Both the position numbers and the translations under genes were made by a program. Below are positions 19,169 through 29,196 of a DNA stretch of 64,000 bases, one piece after another. The stretch lies in contig JBMNOA010000003.1 in assembly GCA_050942825.1 (NCBI GenBank), positions 12 to 64,011 on the forward strand, in the 5' to 3' direction. Positions within the stretch are counted from its first letter, which is position 1. Each line of letters starts with the position of its first letter. This DNA comes from Bacillota bacterium. GTDB lineage: Bacteria > Bacillota > Dehalobacteriia > UBA4068. The notes under the pieces are model-generated. The model saw only the letters and a program-made list of their open reading frames with translations, was not told the origin of the DNA and ran no database searches.

Positions 19169-19195
19169 ATATCGTTTAAGGAGTAGAAAAATTTA
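19169..19195 (-). promoter_or_regulatory. sigma-28 (SigD/FliA)-type promoter for flagellin
   Basis: On the minus strand TAAA-N15-aaCGATAT, matching the TAAA-N15-GCCGATAT consensus. It lies in the 99-bp csrA-flagellin gap. Confidence 0.65.
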
Positions 19196-19215
19196 ATATT
19201 TTATACAAAAAATAA

Positions 19216-19440
19216 TCACTGTTTTTTATTTTTAAAAATGGACAAGACCGTTCTAGGATCGATCTGAGCTGCAGCTAAATTTACTTTCTCTGTTTCCCAT
19301 AGCTCATTGCGAACAATTTTTATGCTGTCGGGAGCATCGATACCGATTTTGACTTTTTCTCCCTGACATTCTAAGATGGTAATTTCTATTTTCTCTCCCA
19401 CCAGGATGGATTCCCCGGTTTTTCGGCTCAAGATCAGCAT
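19216..19440 (-). CDS. csrA: carbon storage regulator CsrA
   Basis: MLILSRKTGESILVGEKIEITILE...GIDAP, the canonical CsrA sequence. Its start overlaps the fliW stop. Confidence 0.93.
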   Translation of the reverse strand: MLILSRKTGESILVGEKIEITILECQGEKVKIGIDAPDSIKIVRNELWETEKVNLAAAQIDPRTVLSIFKNKKQ

Positions 19441-19880
19441 TCTCCGCCACCTCTTTCTTTTTCATCATAGACACTGTGACGGATTTGATAGTCCTGGTTT
19501 TCCAGGATTACTTGCATACCTAGTCGCTTATAAGGGTTTACTACTATGGGGCTTTTAAGATTGACAGTCATATCCTGAATCTTTTGGGGGATTACAGCAA
19601 TCACAAAAAAGCATAGTTCATCTAAGCTGGTGGCTTCTAGTTGCTGCATAACGCCTTCCGGCAGCATAGGTGAATAATCTTCCATGATATCAAGAGGATT
19701 GAATACAATAAAACGGGGATCCACGTTATCTACTGCTTGCAGGCAGATGGCCGAATAGTCGTCACTATTGATAAAAATAAATTTTTTGGCTTCTTCAAAG
19801 GAGAATATCCCTTTGGGAAAGTGGATAATTTCTTGTTCTTTTATATTTATTATGCCAAAATCTTTTGTTGTAATTTCCAT
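19434..19880 (-). CDS. fliW: flagellar assembly factor FliW
   Basis: Full-length FliW similarity (FPKGIFSFEE..., MTVNLKSPIVVN...QDYQIRH). Confidence 0.9.
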   Translation of the reverse strand: MEITTKDFGIINIKEQEIIHFPKGIFSFEEAKKFIFINSDDYSAICLQAVDNVDPRFIVFNPLDIMEDYSPMLPEGVMQQLEATSLDELCFFVIAVIPQKIQDMTVNLKSPIVVNPYKRLGMQVILENQDYQIRHSVYDEKERGGGEC

Positions 19881-19915
19881 ACCTTTTTACCTCTCTTATC
19901 AGCTCTATAAAAGGG

Positions 19916-20419
19916 TTAAATAGAAAAAGTGAGACTATAAGGCTGATATTCAAAGCTCACCTTTCCTATCTGCCATTCAAAGTGCAAGCGGTCTGGAGTG
20001 TATTCGATATCTACATAACCATCTTTCCAACTAAATTTTGGTGGATGTTTTGGTATAAAAACAAGCATCTTCTCGATGCTTCTGTTGTTACGTATGTGGG
20101 CAATCTCCTTGATCGCATCCTTACCCTTTTGGGCCAGAATATCTCCTTCAATACCATAACGTGCTGTGCTTTCTTCTACAGCTTTTTTACCTTTAGCGAT
20201 CAAATCTTGAGCTAAAGCATCTATCGATTTAAAACCCAGAGAATCAAAGAAGGCCCGATTGTCAATTTCCATGCGGATAGGTTTACTTTGCATGGTATAA
20301 CCGCCTCTTTGCCTGGTTATTTTGCAAGAGGTGGGTATAGTATGCTGAATCAGGCGGGCCCTCTCATGATGGATTTTAATTTGTGGAGGAAACATAGAAA
20401 CATTAAAAACCTTGTTCAT
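19916..20419 (-). CDS. DUF6470 family protein (YviE-like flagellar-locus protein)
   Basis: 167 aa, located between flgL and fliW as yviE is in Bacillus. Confidence 0.55.
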   Translation of the reverse strand: MNKVFNVSMFPPQIKIHHERARLIQHTIPTSCKITRQRGGYTMQSKPIRMEIDNRAFFDSLGFKSIDALAQDLIAKGKKAVEESTARYGIEGDILAQKGKDAIKEIAHIRNNRSIEKMLVFIPKHPPKFSWKDGYVDIEYTPDRLHFEWQIGKVSFEYQPYSLTFSI

Positions 20420-20431
20420 ATCTTGACCTGC

Positions 20432-21406
20432 TTATCTTAAATAGTCCAGTAAGGAAGGTTGAATAATTTTGCTGCCCATTTTTAAAGCTGACTGATATGA
20501 TAGCTCTTGCATATTAAATTCCATAATGCCAAGAGCAGGGTCTATTCCTTCCAAATTTTTCTGTTTGATCAAAGCATTATATTCATCGGTATCAAATCTG
20601 TTTTTCAAAAAGTCGATAAAATTGTTTTTTTGACCGATATTAGTATAATTCAACATATTATCTGCAATACAAGTATCCAGTTTGGCCATATATTTATTAA
20701 GATCGGATATATCCCCACTTTCGAATAGGTCGGCAATTTGGCCCAGCAATGCATAATAATTATTGGAAAGACCTTCGGAATCAATACCGGTACCGAAGAT
20801 TTCACTACCGGGATGTGCGATATTCAAAGCAGTACCAGGAACGATCTGCCCTGTGGCAGTGGTGGAAAGACCTAAGCCGATATCAAAAAACAGCTCTTCT
20901 TCAGGAAAGATGCTGGGATCGTCATTAACATTGATGCCTTGATAATATAAATTCCCATCGCTATCAAGGGTAAAAGGTATGGTTTTCATATTGTGACCAC
21001 CAAAAATATATTGGCCACTATAGTTGGAATTGGCTACACTAAAAAGCTGTTCCTGATAGTTCCGGATATTTTCAGCGATGATTTTTAAACCATCTTCACT
21101 ATGGGAGCCGCTATTGCCTTGAATAAGCAGTTCGTTGACATTACCCAGTATAGTATTTATGCTGGAAAAACAGGCTTCGACCTCCGTAAAAAGTCCCTCA
21201 ACCTCCTTAACATTTTCTTTATACAAGGAAATACGAGACAGATGCTGTCTGACCTGGTAAGCTTTGAGAGCCGTGGCCGGATCTTCGGAGGCTTTAAGAT
21301 ATTTACGGCCGGCTGTTACTTTTTCATTGAGCTCATTCACACGGGCAAAGCTTTTATTGAGGTTGTTCATATAAGTATTAGTGATCATTTTATTGGTGAT
21401 TCTCAC
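20432..21406 (-). CDS. flgL: flagellar hook-associated protein 3 FlgL (probable GTG start at 21406, VRITNKMI; the ORF extends to 21421)
   Basis: Flagellin-like N-terminal and C-terminal helices. RBS GGAGGTG lies 6 nt before the GTG. Confidence 0.85.
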   Translation of the reverse strand: MRITNKMITNTYMNNLNKSFARVNELNEKVTAGRKYLKASEDPATALKAYQVRQHLSRISLYKENVKEVEGLFTEVEACFSSINTILGNVNELLIQGNSGSHSEDGLKIIAENIRNYQEQLFSVANSNYSGQYIFGGHNMKTIPFTLDSDGNLYYQGINVNDDPSIFPEEELFFDIGLGLSTTATGQIVPGTALNIAHPGSEIFGTGIDSEGLSNNYYALLGQIADLFESGDISDLNKYMAKLDTCIADNMLNYTNIGQKNNFIDFLKNRFDTDEYNALIKQKNLEGIDPALGIMEFNMQELSYQSALKMGSKIIQPSLLDYLR

Positions 21407-21448
21407 CAGTAGCACCTCCATTTCCGGTTAAATAAGGTAACATCATAA

Positions 21449-22879
21449 TTAACGGCCGACAATACCCATTTTATTGATGATGATGTCCAAGGCCTCGTCC
21501 ATGGCTGTCATTATCCTGGCCGCTGCTTGGAAGGCTTTTTCATATTTAGTCATATTGATGGTTTCCTCATTGATAGAAACACCCATAATACTTTCTCTTT
21601 GATAAGAGATAGAATCTAAAATACTTCCCGACATAGCGTTCATATCTTTTTGATATCCTACATCAACAGCAATATTGCTCATCAGCATGCGGGAAAAACC
21701 TTCAAAAGTTCCGCTGAGATTGGGATATTCAGCAGTATCTATATCATTATCCATAGCATTAATCATACGGATGATATTATCATTGGCACTGGTATTACTG
21801 GTTGTTGTAGTCACGATATAGCGGGTATCATTACGCCAGTCATCAGAGATAGTGATATTGGCTGCTGTGATCGTTTCGCCATCTTTGCTGGCAAACAAAG
21901 GTTTCGGAGAGGAGGGGTCCAGAGTATTGATGCTATTGAGGGTTCCGGCAAAGGCCTGTGCAAAAGCATCAATGGCATTATTATAATAGGGTAAACCATG
22001 AAATTCATCGATTGTAGCGCCGCTGCCATTTAAAATATCCAAGTGTCCTTTAAAAGATCCTGATTTGGGAATGAACTCTGTGGCAGGGCTGCCCTCGACC
22101 ATTATTTTAATGATACTATTGTCATCTATTACCGAAAATTTTGATTCCAATACATCAAGCCCACCAGTGGAGCTAATAGTTACGGTACCATCGGATTGAG
22201 CTGTGACAGTGATATCCAAATAGGCGGATAGCTCATCCAGATAACCGTTACGCATATCCAGCATTTCATTGGTGACTGAGCCTCTAATGGTCTGATCTTT
22301 GATCAGTGTATTGACATTATTGATTTTATCTATCAGTGTATTTACTGAAGAAACCTCTATTTGCAAATCCCCTTGCTGTTCAGAGCGGATTTGCGACAAT
22401 TGAAAGGCATATTGGTTTAATACCTGTGTGACTTTTTCCGCAGCAGAGCGAACTATATTAGCATGTTCGGCATTGCCAGCATTATTGGAAAAAGATTGGA
22501 GCTGATTGTAAAATTGCCCCAGCATGGCATGGAGCCCATCATTTTCTAGTTCTTCAAATACATTTTCTATATCCTGTAAAGCCAGTAAACCCGAATTCCA
22601 ATAATTATAGTCTGCATTGGCAGTACGAAGGCGAGAGTCTAAAAAACCATCCCGCATCTGACTGATCTGACTTACCGTAACACCTTGTCCTGATCTGACA
22701 TAGGGAAGAGCAGATTTATATGTAGCGTTGTTATAATTTACGGCTACCAGGTCGGCAACCTGCCGAGTATAGTTCTCCGTATTGGCATTAGCTATGTTTT
22801 GTCCCGTCACGTCAAGTGCGATCTGACTGGCTACAGTAGCACTCCTGGCAATTTCTAAGCCCGAAAAAGTTGATCTCAT
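21449..22879 (-). CDS. flgK: flagellar hook-associated protein 1 FlgK
   Basis: MRSTFSGLEIARSAT...NIANANTENYTRQ N-terminus, 476 aa. Confidence 0.9.
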   Translation of the reverse strand: MRSTFSGLEIARSATVASQIALDVTGQNIANANTENYTRQVADLVAVNYNNATYKSALPYVRSGQGVTVSQISQMRDGFLDSRLRTANADYNYWNSGLLALQDIENVFEELENDGLHAMLGQFYNQLQSFSNNAGNAEHANIVRSAAEKVTQVLNQYAFQLSQIRSEQQGDLQIEVSSVNTLIDKINNVNTLIKDQTIRGSVTNEMLDMRNGYLDELSAYLDITVTAQSDGTVTISSTGGLDVLESKFSVIDDNSIIKIMVEGSPATEFIPKSGSFKGHLDILNGSGATIDEFHGLPYYNNAIDAFAQAFAGTLNSINTLDPSSPKPLFASKDGETITAANITISDDWRNDTRYIVTTTTSNTSANDNIIRMINAMDNDIDTAEYPNLSGTFEGFSRMLMSNIAVDVGYQKDMNAMSGSILDSISYQRESIMGVSINEETINMTKYEKAFQAAARIMTAMDEALDIIINKMGIVGR

Positions 22880-23346
22880 TACAAAACCCCCTTTTTCTCG
22901 GTTGTCTCTGTCCTAGAGGGTTGGGATTTTTTATAGGTCAAAGAGGATTTTTTTAGCCCAGATATAATCATTATTTGATTCAGCAGCGAAAGCTGTGAAT
23001 TTAAAATACCCATGTTGAGCTGGTTGGTTTTTTTTAAGCGTTGTAAAACCTTAGAGAGTGTTTGGAAATGCCCCTTGAATCCATATATGTTTTCCGGGTC
23101 ATAATTTTCGGTGATTTCTCTAAGGGTTACACCCTCTAGTCCCATTTCTTTTTGTAATGCTTCCCGGCGTTGCTCCATCCTAGCGGTATTCATGATCAAA
23201 GGTTGCTCCAGAATGAGGATTTCGTCCAGTTCTTGGGCAGATCCGCGAATCAAAATATCCGTTTTGCGGATTTCCAGCTCCAGTAACTTTTGCTGGGATT
23301 CTAATGTTTTATCAAGCAGAAGAGATAAATGCTCATAGTTGTTCAT
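22879..23346 (-). CDS. flgN: FlgN family flagellar export chaperone
   Basis: 155-aa helical protein between flgM and flgK (the yvyG/flgN position). Confidence 0.6.
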   Translation of the reverse strand: MNNYEHLSLLLDKTLESQQKLLELEIRKTDILIRGSAQELDEILILEQPLIMNTARMEQRREALQKEMGLEGVTLREITENYDPENIYGFKGHFQTLSKVLQRLKKTNQLNMGILNSQLSLLNQIMIISGLKKSSLTYKKSQPSRTETTEKKGVL

Positions 23347-23363
23347 TAATTAACCTCCCTGCA

Positions 23364-23681
23364 TTAATCATGCTTTTTGGCAATATTTATCATAGCGCTG
23401 GCAATATCCTGGCTAGAAACATGGTAAGCACCATTTTCAATGTCAGCCTTAAGTTGACGCAGAAAATCCGCACGGCTGCCTTTTTCCACTTCCGTGACAA
23501 CCTTTTCTTTGGCTGCCCGAACCGGATCATAATCAGACGCTTTTTGGGAGATTTCCACTCTGTCCATAGCAGTTTCCTTATGCGTCTGTGAGGATGCTGT
23601 TTCTGCTTCGGAAGTCGTGGCTTTGCTGCGTACGGTGGATTGCAAGATCGGGTCAATATTATTTTTGGTATCTATTAGCAT
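23364..23681 (-). CDS. flgM: anti-sigma-28 factor FlgM
   Basis: Small protein with a C-terminal FlgM domain (...RADFLRQLKADIENGAYHVSSQDIASAMI). Start taken at MLIDTK (23681). Confidence 0.8.
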   Translation of the reverse strand: MLIDTKNNIDPILQSTVRSKATTSEAETASSQTHKETAMDRVEISQKASDYDPVRAAKEKVVTEVEKGSRADFLRQLKADIENGAYHVSSQDIASAMINIAKKHD

Positions 23682-23698
23682 ATTTTTCACCCCTAATT

Positions 23699-23726
23699 TA
23701 TGTCGGCAGAAAATGTAAATAATTAA
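23699..23726 (-). promoter_or_regulatory. possible internal sigma-28-type promoter upstream of flgM
   Basis: On the minus strand TTAA-N16-GCCGACAT, a partial match to TAAA-N15-GCCGATAT, located just before the flgM RBS. Confidence 0.3.
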
Positions 23727-23744
23727 TGCCCGAAACAAAATTAT

Positions 23745-24500
23745 TTAACTTCTTAGGGTATTGGCCATAGCTTCAATTTCATCGGCAGTTTGAATAATGC
23801 GGGCACTGAATTGAAAGCCTCTCTGTGCCTGAAGGATTTTAGTAATTTCAGTGGCTAAATCTACATTGGAGCATTCCAAGGCTCCTTGGCGGAGGCGTGC
23901 CTCGGAAACTAGTGTACCCTCACCTGATTGGTCGGTGGCCGCCAACAGCCCGCTACCGACCTCACGCAGGGCATAGGGATTATCAAAATTTACTACGGCT
24001 AGTCTGATAGTATTTTCAGCGCTTTCACCCTCAGCAGGCCCGTATAATATAACTTGGTTACCCGGCTCTTTGATGGTGATAGGCTGGAATTTGTCATCTA
24101 AAACTCGCTCTCCATTGCAGGTGATAAGATATTTTTCTTCTCCAGAATTTACCATCCGAAAATTGCCGGCTCGAGTGTAATATCTTTGGCCCGTTTCTCT
24201 CTCGACGCAGAAATAACCCGCGCCTAAAATAGCCACGTCCAGATTATGGCCTGTTTCCTGCACAGCTCCCTGTTCCAAGTTGGCTGAAATTGAATTGACC
24301 TTTGCTCCGTGACCCACTTGCAAAGGGAGGTTTTGACTGTATTTTTGTGCGGGCATATTGGTATAAACCAAATCACTATAGGCAATTCTCTGGGATTTAA
24401 ACCCTGTAGTAGAGGCATTGGCCAAATTATTGGCGCTGACATCAAGTAGGCTTTGATAATTTGTGGCTCCGATTTTTGCCGTATAAAAACTATTGATCAT
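23745..24500 (-). CDS. flagellar basal-body rod protein, FlgG/FlgF family (FlhO/FlhP-like)
   Basis: Conserved rod N-terminus (SLLDVSANNLANASTTGFK) and C-terminal rod domain. Confidence 0.85.
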   Translation of the reverse strand: MINSFYTAKIGATNYQSLLDVSANNLANASTTGFKSQRIAYSDLVYTNMPAQKYSQNLPLQVGHGAKVNSISANLEQGAVQETGHNLDVAILGAGYFCVERETGQRYYTRAGNFRMVNSGEEKYLITCNGERVLDDKFQPITIKEPGNQVILYGPAEGESAENTIRLAVVNFDNPYALREVGSGLLAATDQSGEGTLVSEARLRQGALECSNVDLATEITKILQAQRGFQFSARIIQTADEIEAMANTLRS

Positions 24501-24512
24501 TTTCTTGCCTCC

Positions 24513-25256
24513 TTATATTTTGCAAAGCTCATTGATAGTCTTATTCATAACAGAATCCATCATTTTCACTATTTGAGTACAGGATTGAAAGGCGCGTGAG
24601 CTTTCGATGAGACCTGTCATTTCTCCAATCAAATCTAGACTGGCACTTTCCAAATATCCTTGCCGCACCTGACCTGTAAAAGGCAGCTGATTCTGCTCAT
24701 TAAAGCCTATCAGCAAACCACCTTGCCGCTTTTGTAAGGATTGAGGATCAGTAGGATTGCTGATGCGCAAAGTATCGAAATATTCTCCATCTATATATAT
24801 ATTACCTTTAGCATCTACCATGAAATTAGCGTTATCGACTTGGATAGAACCTGATTTGCCTAATACATGGTTACCGTCAAAATCTGACAGACAACCATTG
24901 CCATCTATGGTAAATTGACCATTGCGGGTCAGCGCCAAAGTACCGTCATTTAGCCGAAGAGTGAAGAATCCTTCCCCCTCTAAAGCCAGATCCAGATCAT
25001 TATTAGTTTGCTCACACGGACTTTGTTTATAGTCGGTAAATATCTCTTGGACAACTACTCCATTGGTGGTTTGCCCCAAAGATGCAGTGCCATAATTGCT
25101 CACTCTGTAGGTGAGAGCATCTCCGAAGCTGCTAAAAACAACACTATCTTTTTTAAATCCGGTTGTATTGGAATTTGCTACATTATTACCGATAATATCA
25201 ATAGCTCTGCTATTACACATCATTCCTGAAGCAGCCGTATATATTCCTTTTATCAT
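24513..25256 (-). CDS. flagellar basal-body rod protein, FlgG/FlgF family (second paralog)
   Basis: MIKGIYTAASGM...IGNNVANSNTTGFK N-terminus and C-terminal rod domain. Confidence 0.85.
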   Translation of the reverse strand: MIKGIYTAASGMMCNSRAIDIIGNNVANSNTTGFKKDSVVFSSFGDALTYRVSNYGTASLGQTTNGVVVQEIFTDYKQSPCEQTNNDLDLALEGEGFFTLRLNDGTLALTRNGQFTIDGNGCLSDFDGNHVLGKSGSIQVDNANFMVDAKGNIYIDGEYFDTLRISNPTDPQSLQKRQGGLLIGFNEQNQLPFTGQVRQGYLESASLDLIGEMTGLIESSRAFQSCTQIVKMMDSVMNKTINELCKI

Positions 25257-25270
25257 GGTCTTGTCCTCCT

Positions 25271-26041
25271 TTAGTTTTTTAGGTAACCGGAAAGCATTTT
25301 TTCCATTTTGGTCAAGGCCTTTGCATGTAATTGGGAGACCCGAGATGCAGTAAGCCCTAGAATTACCGCGATCTCCTTAAATTTTAGTTCTTCATAATAA
25401 TAAAGGGAAATTATCAGACGTTCCTTTTCATTAAGTTTGTCGATAGATTTGGCAATTATATCTCGTAATTCCTGATTACTCAAGTGCTGCTCTGGTGTTT
25501 CGGAGGTAACCTGAGGCTCTTTAATAGAGGAGATGTTTTCCTGAATCAGTTTTTCATAAGACAAGAGAGCAAAGCGTTGGGATTGTGCCACTATATCATT
25601 ATAATCGGCAAGAGAGATGCCCATATATTCGGCAACCTCGGCATCGGTAGGATCTTTATCCATCTTAGATTGTAAAAGCGTATAGGCATTATTGATATCT
25701 AAAGATTTTTTGCGGATATCCCTTGGGACCCAATCCTGCTTTCGCAGATAGTCTATAATGGAGCCCCGGACCCGGATGGAGGCAAAAGAGTCGAATTGCA
25801 CGCTTTTCGTGAGATCAAATCTTTCTATGCATTCGATCAAGGCTATAACTCCCTGATTTACTATATCCTCCAGTTCTACCCGATTCTGATAAACAGCACT
25901 CATCCTTTTAATATTGATGGTAACAATATAAAGATATTCCATCAGAATTTGATTACGTAAAGTTTGGCTTTTGGTTTCCTGATACTTTTGCCAGGTTTTT
26001 AAGTCGACTTTATTTTCTGATAAGGCAGCCAAAATCATCAC
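25271..26041 (-). CDS. fliA: RNA polymerase sigma-28 factor for flagellar operons (FliA/SigD)
   Basis: Sigma-70 region 2/3/4 similarity. The ...KFKEIAVILGLTASRVSQLHAKAL HTH is typical of the FliA family. Confidence 0.88.
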   Translation of the reverse strand: MMILAALSENKVDLKTWQKYQETKSQTLRNQILMEYLYIVTINIKRMSAVYQNRVELEDIVNQGVIALIECIERFDLTKSVQFDSFASIRVRGSIIDYLRKQDWVPRDIRKKSLDINNAYTLLQSKMDKDPTDAEVAEYMGISLADYNDIVAQSQRFALLSYEKLIQENISSIKEPQVTSETPEQHLSNQELRDIIAKSIDKLNEKERLIISLYYYEELKFKEIAVILGLTASRVSQLHAKALTKMEKMLSGYLKN

Positions 26042-26089
26042 CTCGATTAATCTCCGGCTAACCTCGCGGTTACCGGGGATTGGAACTTT

Positions 26090-28135
26090 TTAAGCCACAG
26101 TTGCGGCAATACTACCCACCGATACTACTTTAATATTTGGTTCTATTTCGTTGAAGGAAAGAACCACTGTCTCGGAGGAGAACTGTTCTATCAACTTGCG
26201 ATAGTAAATTCTTACCACTGGAGAGGTTAGGATGATAGGAGTTTTTACCATCTCCGAGATTTTTGCTACTTCTTTCATATGTGAAGAAACGATTTTTTGC
26301 ATGGTTTCTGGCTCCATGGCCACATAAGAGCCATGGTCGGTTTTCTTAACGCTATTTAAGATGATATTTTCCAGCTCCGTATTTACGGTTATAACCTTTA
26401 AAGAGCCTTCTTCTGTGTATTTGCTAGTTATAGTACGCTTGAGGGATTGACGTACATATTCAGTAAGAATATCCAGATCCTTGACTGTAGGGGCGAATTC
26501 TCCTACCGTTTCCAAAATAGTGGTCAGATCCTTTATGGGGATCTGCTCCATCAAGAGATTGCACAGTACTTTTTGTAAGCTGCTTACGCTGATGACGGAG
26601 GGAATGAAATCATCTACTAGTGACTTATCTATTTTTCGTATATTATCCAGTAATTTATTGACTTCATGCCGAGTCAACAGTTCATGAGCATAATTTTTAA
26701 TAATTTCAGAAAGGTGGGTGATGATAACGGACAAGGGGTCAATTACCGTATAGCCGAAAATCTGTGCTTTTTCCCGATTTTCCTGATCGACCCAGAGTGC
26801 AGGCATACCAAAGGCTGGCTCTACCGTATCGATACCTTCGATTTCCTCATTGCCTTCGATTTGGCCTACCACTAAAAAATGATCAACCAAAACCTCTCCT
26901 TGGGCCACTTTTTCCCCTTTTATTTTGATGACATACTGATTTGGTTCCAGCCCAGCGTCATCTCGCAACCGCACTGAAGGTATGACCATACCCATTTCGG
27001 AGGCAAATTGGCGGCGTAACATAACCACTCTGTCGATGAAGCTGCCGCCTTTGTTTTCGTCTACCAAAGGGATAAGGCTGTAGCCGAATTCCATTTCTAT
27101 AGGTTCCACATTGAGTAGAGAATAAATATTATTGATGTCCCGGAAAAACTCTGTCTCGCTGGGGGGGAGATCCTCGGAGGAGATTTCTTTTGTTTGATTT
27201 TTTTTGTTGGAGAGTCTGCGTCCCATAAAGATCAGAAAAGCACCGATTAATAGTAGAAAAGGAACGGGCATACCAGGTATAACACACATGCCTAAAAGCA
27301 CACCGCCTGTGATGGTGATAGCTATGGGATAGGCCAATAATTGGCGGGCAAGGTCAGTGCTTAAATTATTCTGGGAAGCTGCGCGAGTGACGATGATGCC
27401 GGTAGCAGTAGAAATCAGCAAAGCCGGTATCTGGGTGACCAGACCGTCACCCACGGTGGCGATAGTATAGATTGATAAAACCTCGTCGAAGCTTCGTCCG
27501 TTTATAACTATACCAATTAGTGAGCCGCCGATGAGATTGATAAAGAGTATGATGATGGAGACAATTGCGTCGCCCTTGACAAATTTGGATGCGCCATCCA
27601 TAGCACCGTAAAAATTGGCTTCCATCTGAATATTTTCCCTACGGCTTTTGGCCATTTGTTCATTGATAAGACCTGAGTTAAGATCTGCATCGATGGCCAT
27701 CTGTTTTCCGGGCATGGCATCTAAGGTAAATCTAGCTGAAACCTCAGCCACCCTTTCCGAACCCTTGGTTATGATAATAAATTGAACTATAACAATAATC
27801 AAAAATATGATAAATCCTACTATTGGGTCTCCACCGATCACGAATTCACCAAAAGTTTTAATCACATTGCCGGCATATCCATCATTTCCTAAAATCAGAC
27901 GAGTGGAGGAAACATTGAGGGCAATTCTAAAAAGTGTGGTAATAAGTAATAAAGATGGAAAGACGGAAAATTCCAAAGTCTCTTTAATAGACATAGCAAG
28001 CAGCAATATAGTGAGTGAAAGCACTATATTTAAAATGATTATTACATCCAGCAATAAGGGGTTTAAGGGTATGATGATTAGCCCTATGATGCATAGTATG
28101 AAAATTAATATGGTATTATCTAATAACTTTCTCAT
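26090..28135 (-). CDS. flhA: flagellar biosynthesis protein FlhA (export gate)
   Basis: 681 aa with 8 N-terminal TM segments, a FHIPEP domain and a large cytoplasmic domain. Confidence 0.93.
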   Translation of the reverse strand: MRKLLDNTILIFILCIIGLIIIPLNPLLLDVIIILNIVLSLTILLLAMSIKETLEFSVFPSLLLITTLFRIALNVSSTRLILGNDGYAGNVIKTFGEFVIGGDPIVGFIIFLIIVIVQFIIITKGSERVAEVSARFTLDAMPGKQMAIDADLNSGLINEQMAKSRRENIQMEANFYGAMDGASKFVKGDAIVSIIILFINLIGGSLIGIVINGRSFDEVLSIYTIATVGDGLVTQIPALLISTATGIIVTRAASQNNLSTDLARQLLAYPIAITITGGVLLGMCVIPGMPVPFLLLIGAFLIFMGRRLSNKKNQTKEISSEDLPPSETEFFRDINNIYSLLNVEPIEMEFGYSLIPLVDENKGGSFIDRVVMLRRQFASEMGMVIPSVRLRDDAGLEPNQYVIKIKGEKVAQGEVLVDHFLVVGQIEGNEEIEGIDTVEPAFGMPALWVDQENREKAQIFGYTVIDPLSVIITHLSEIIKNYAHELLTRHEVNKLLDNIRKIDKSLVDDFIPSVISVSSLQKVLCNLLMEQIPIKDLTTILETVGEFAPTVKDLDILTEYVRQSLKRTITSKYTEEGSLKVITVNTELENIILNSVKKTDHGSYVAMEPETMQKIVSSHMKEVAKISEMVKTPIILTSPVVRIYYRKLIEQFSSETVVLSFNEIEPNIKVVSVGSIAATVA

Positions 28136-29196
28136 CTATGTATAGTCCTTTTTTTGAGTTTATAAACAAATGCCAGGACTTCGGCTACTGCCTGATAGTA
28201 TTGGGGAGGTATTTCCTGTCCTATTTCTACTGCCGCATAAAGGCCTCGGGCCAAAGGGGGATTCTCCGTAATTGTGATATCGTGCTTTTTTGCTTCTTCG
28301 ATAATTTTCAAGGCCAGATAATCTTGTCCCTTGGCCAGAACGACGGGAGACTTGTTCTTTTTTTCATCATATTTTATAGCTACGGCAAAGTGTGTCGGGT
28401 TGCAGATGATCACATCTGCTATACGAATGCCTTGCATCATGCGGCTCATGGCCATTTTACGTTGTTTTTCTTTGATATAACCCCTAAATTGGGGGTCACC
28501 CTCAGTTTGCTTGAATTCATCTTTGACTTCCTGTCTGCTCATCATGATCTTGCGCTCATATTCCCACCATTGATAAAGATAGTCTATTACGCCTAGGGCC
28601 AGCATAGCTATACCGACTTTTAAACCGATATTGATGGCAGTTTCCATGAGCCAAAACAAGGCCGGGGTAATCTCCAGATCGAAAAGCCGCAAAAAATATG
28701 GCAGATTTACTTTGATTTGGCTATATACTATATAACCCACAATGATGATTTTAAGTAATGATTTAAGCAATTCCATTAAGGAACGCAGTGTGATAAGGTT
28801 TTTTAATCCTTTTATAGGATCAAGTTTAGTGAAATCTAGTTTAAGCCGCTTAAAAGAAACATTCATTTTGGTCTGGCCAAAATCAATGCCAATGCTGACA
28901 ACTACTGCCACAATAAGTAAAGGTAGACTGAGGATCATAGTCTGCATGACAAAAGAATTAAGATAGATGTGTATCGTACCATCCAATCTACTTACGCCAG
29001 CAAAGCCGCCTAAATAGTCGGTAAAAACTTTGTTTATATGAGAATAGAAAAATTCTTTCAAAAACATTAAGGTTCCAAATACCGCCAGCACTCCCAGGGC
29101 ATTGGTGATATCCTTGCTCTTGAATATATTACCCTTCTGCCGCTCGTCTTTTCTTTTCTTGGGAGTGGCTTTTTCCGTTTTATTTCCCGCTGGAAT
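28132..29196 (-). CDS. flhB: flagellar biosynthesis protein FlhB; 5' boundary anomalous (in-frame ATG AAG GAG TGA immediately upstream; see findings)
   Basis: The conserved FlhB N-terminal motif NKTEKATPKKRKDERQKGN is encoded upstream of the ORF-track start (a GTG at 29091). The NPTH autocleavage motif is present (ICNPTHFAVAIKY). Confidence 0.85.
   Translation of the reverse strand: MPAGNKTEKATPKKRKDERQKGNIFKSKDITNALGVLAVFGTLMFLKEFFYSHINKVFTDYLGGFAGVSRLDGTIHIYLNSFVMQTMILSLPLLIVAVVVSIGIDFGQTKMNVSFKRLKLDFTKLDPIKGLKNLITLRSLMELLKSLLKIIIVGYIVYSQIKVNLPYFLRLFDLEITPALFWLMETAINIGLKVGIAMLALGVIDYLYQWWEYERKIMMSRQEVKDEFKQTEGDPQFRGYIKEKQRKMAMSRMMQGIRIADVIICNPTHFAVAIKYDEKKNKSPVVLAKGQDYLALKIIEEAKKHDITITENPPLARGLYAAVEIGQEIPPQYYQAVAEVLAFVYKLKKRTIHR

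Noticed and set aside
23390-23656. Assorted ORFs of 60-150 aa overlapping or antisense to flagellar and other genes (e.g. 23390-23656, 24224-24445, 15053-15322, 21650-21994, 12747-13154, 48707-49174)
   Set aside because: They lie inside, and mostly antisense to, strongly conserved genes, lack RBSs and have low-complexity compositions, so they are spurious six-frame ORFs.
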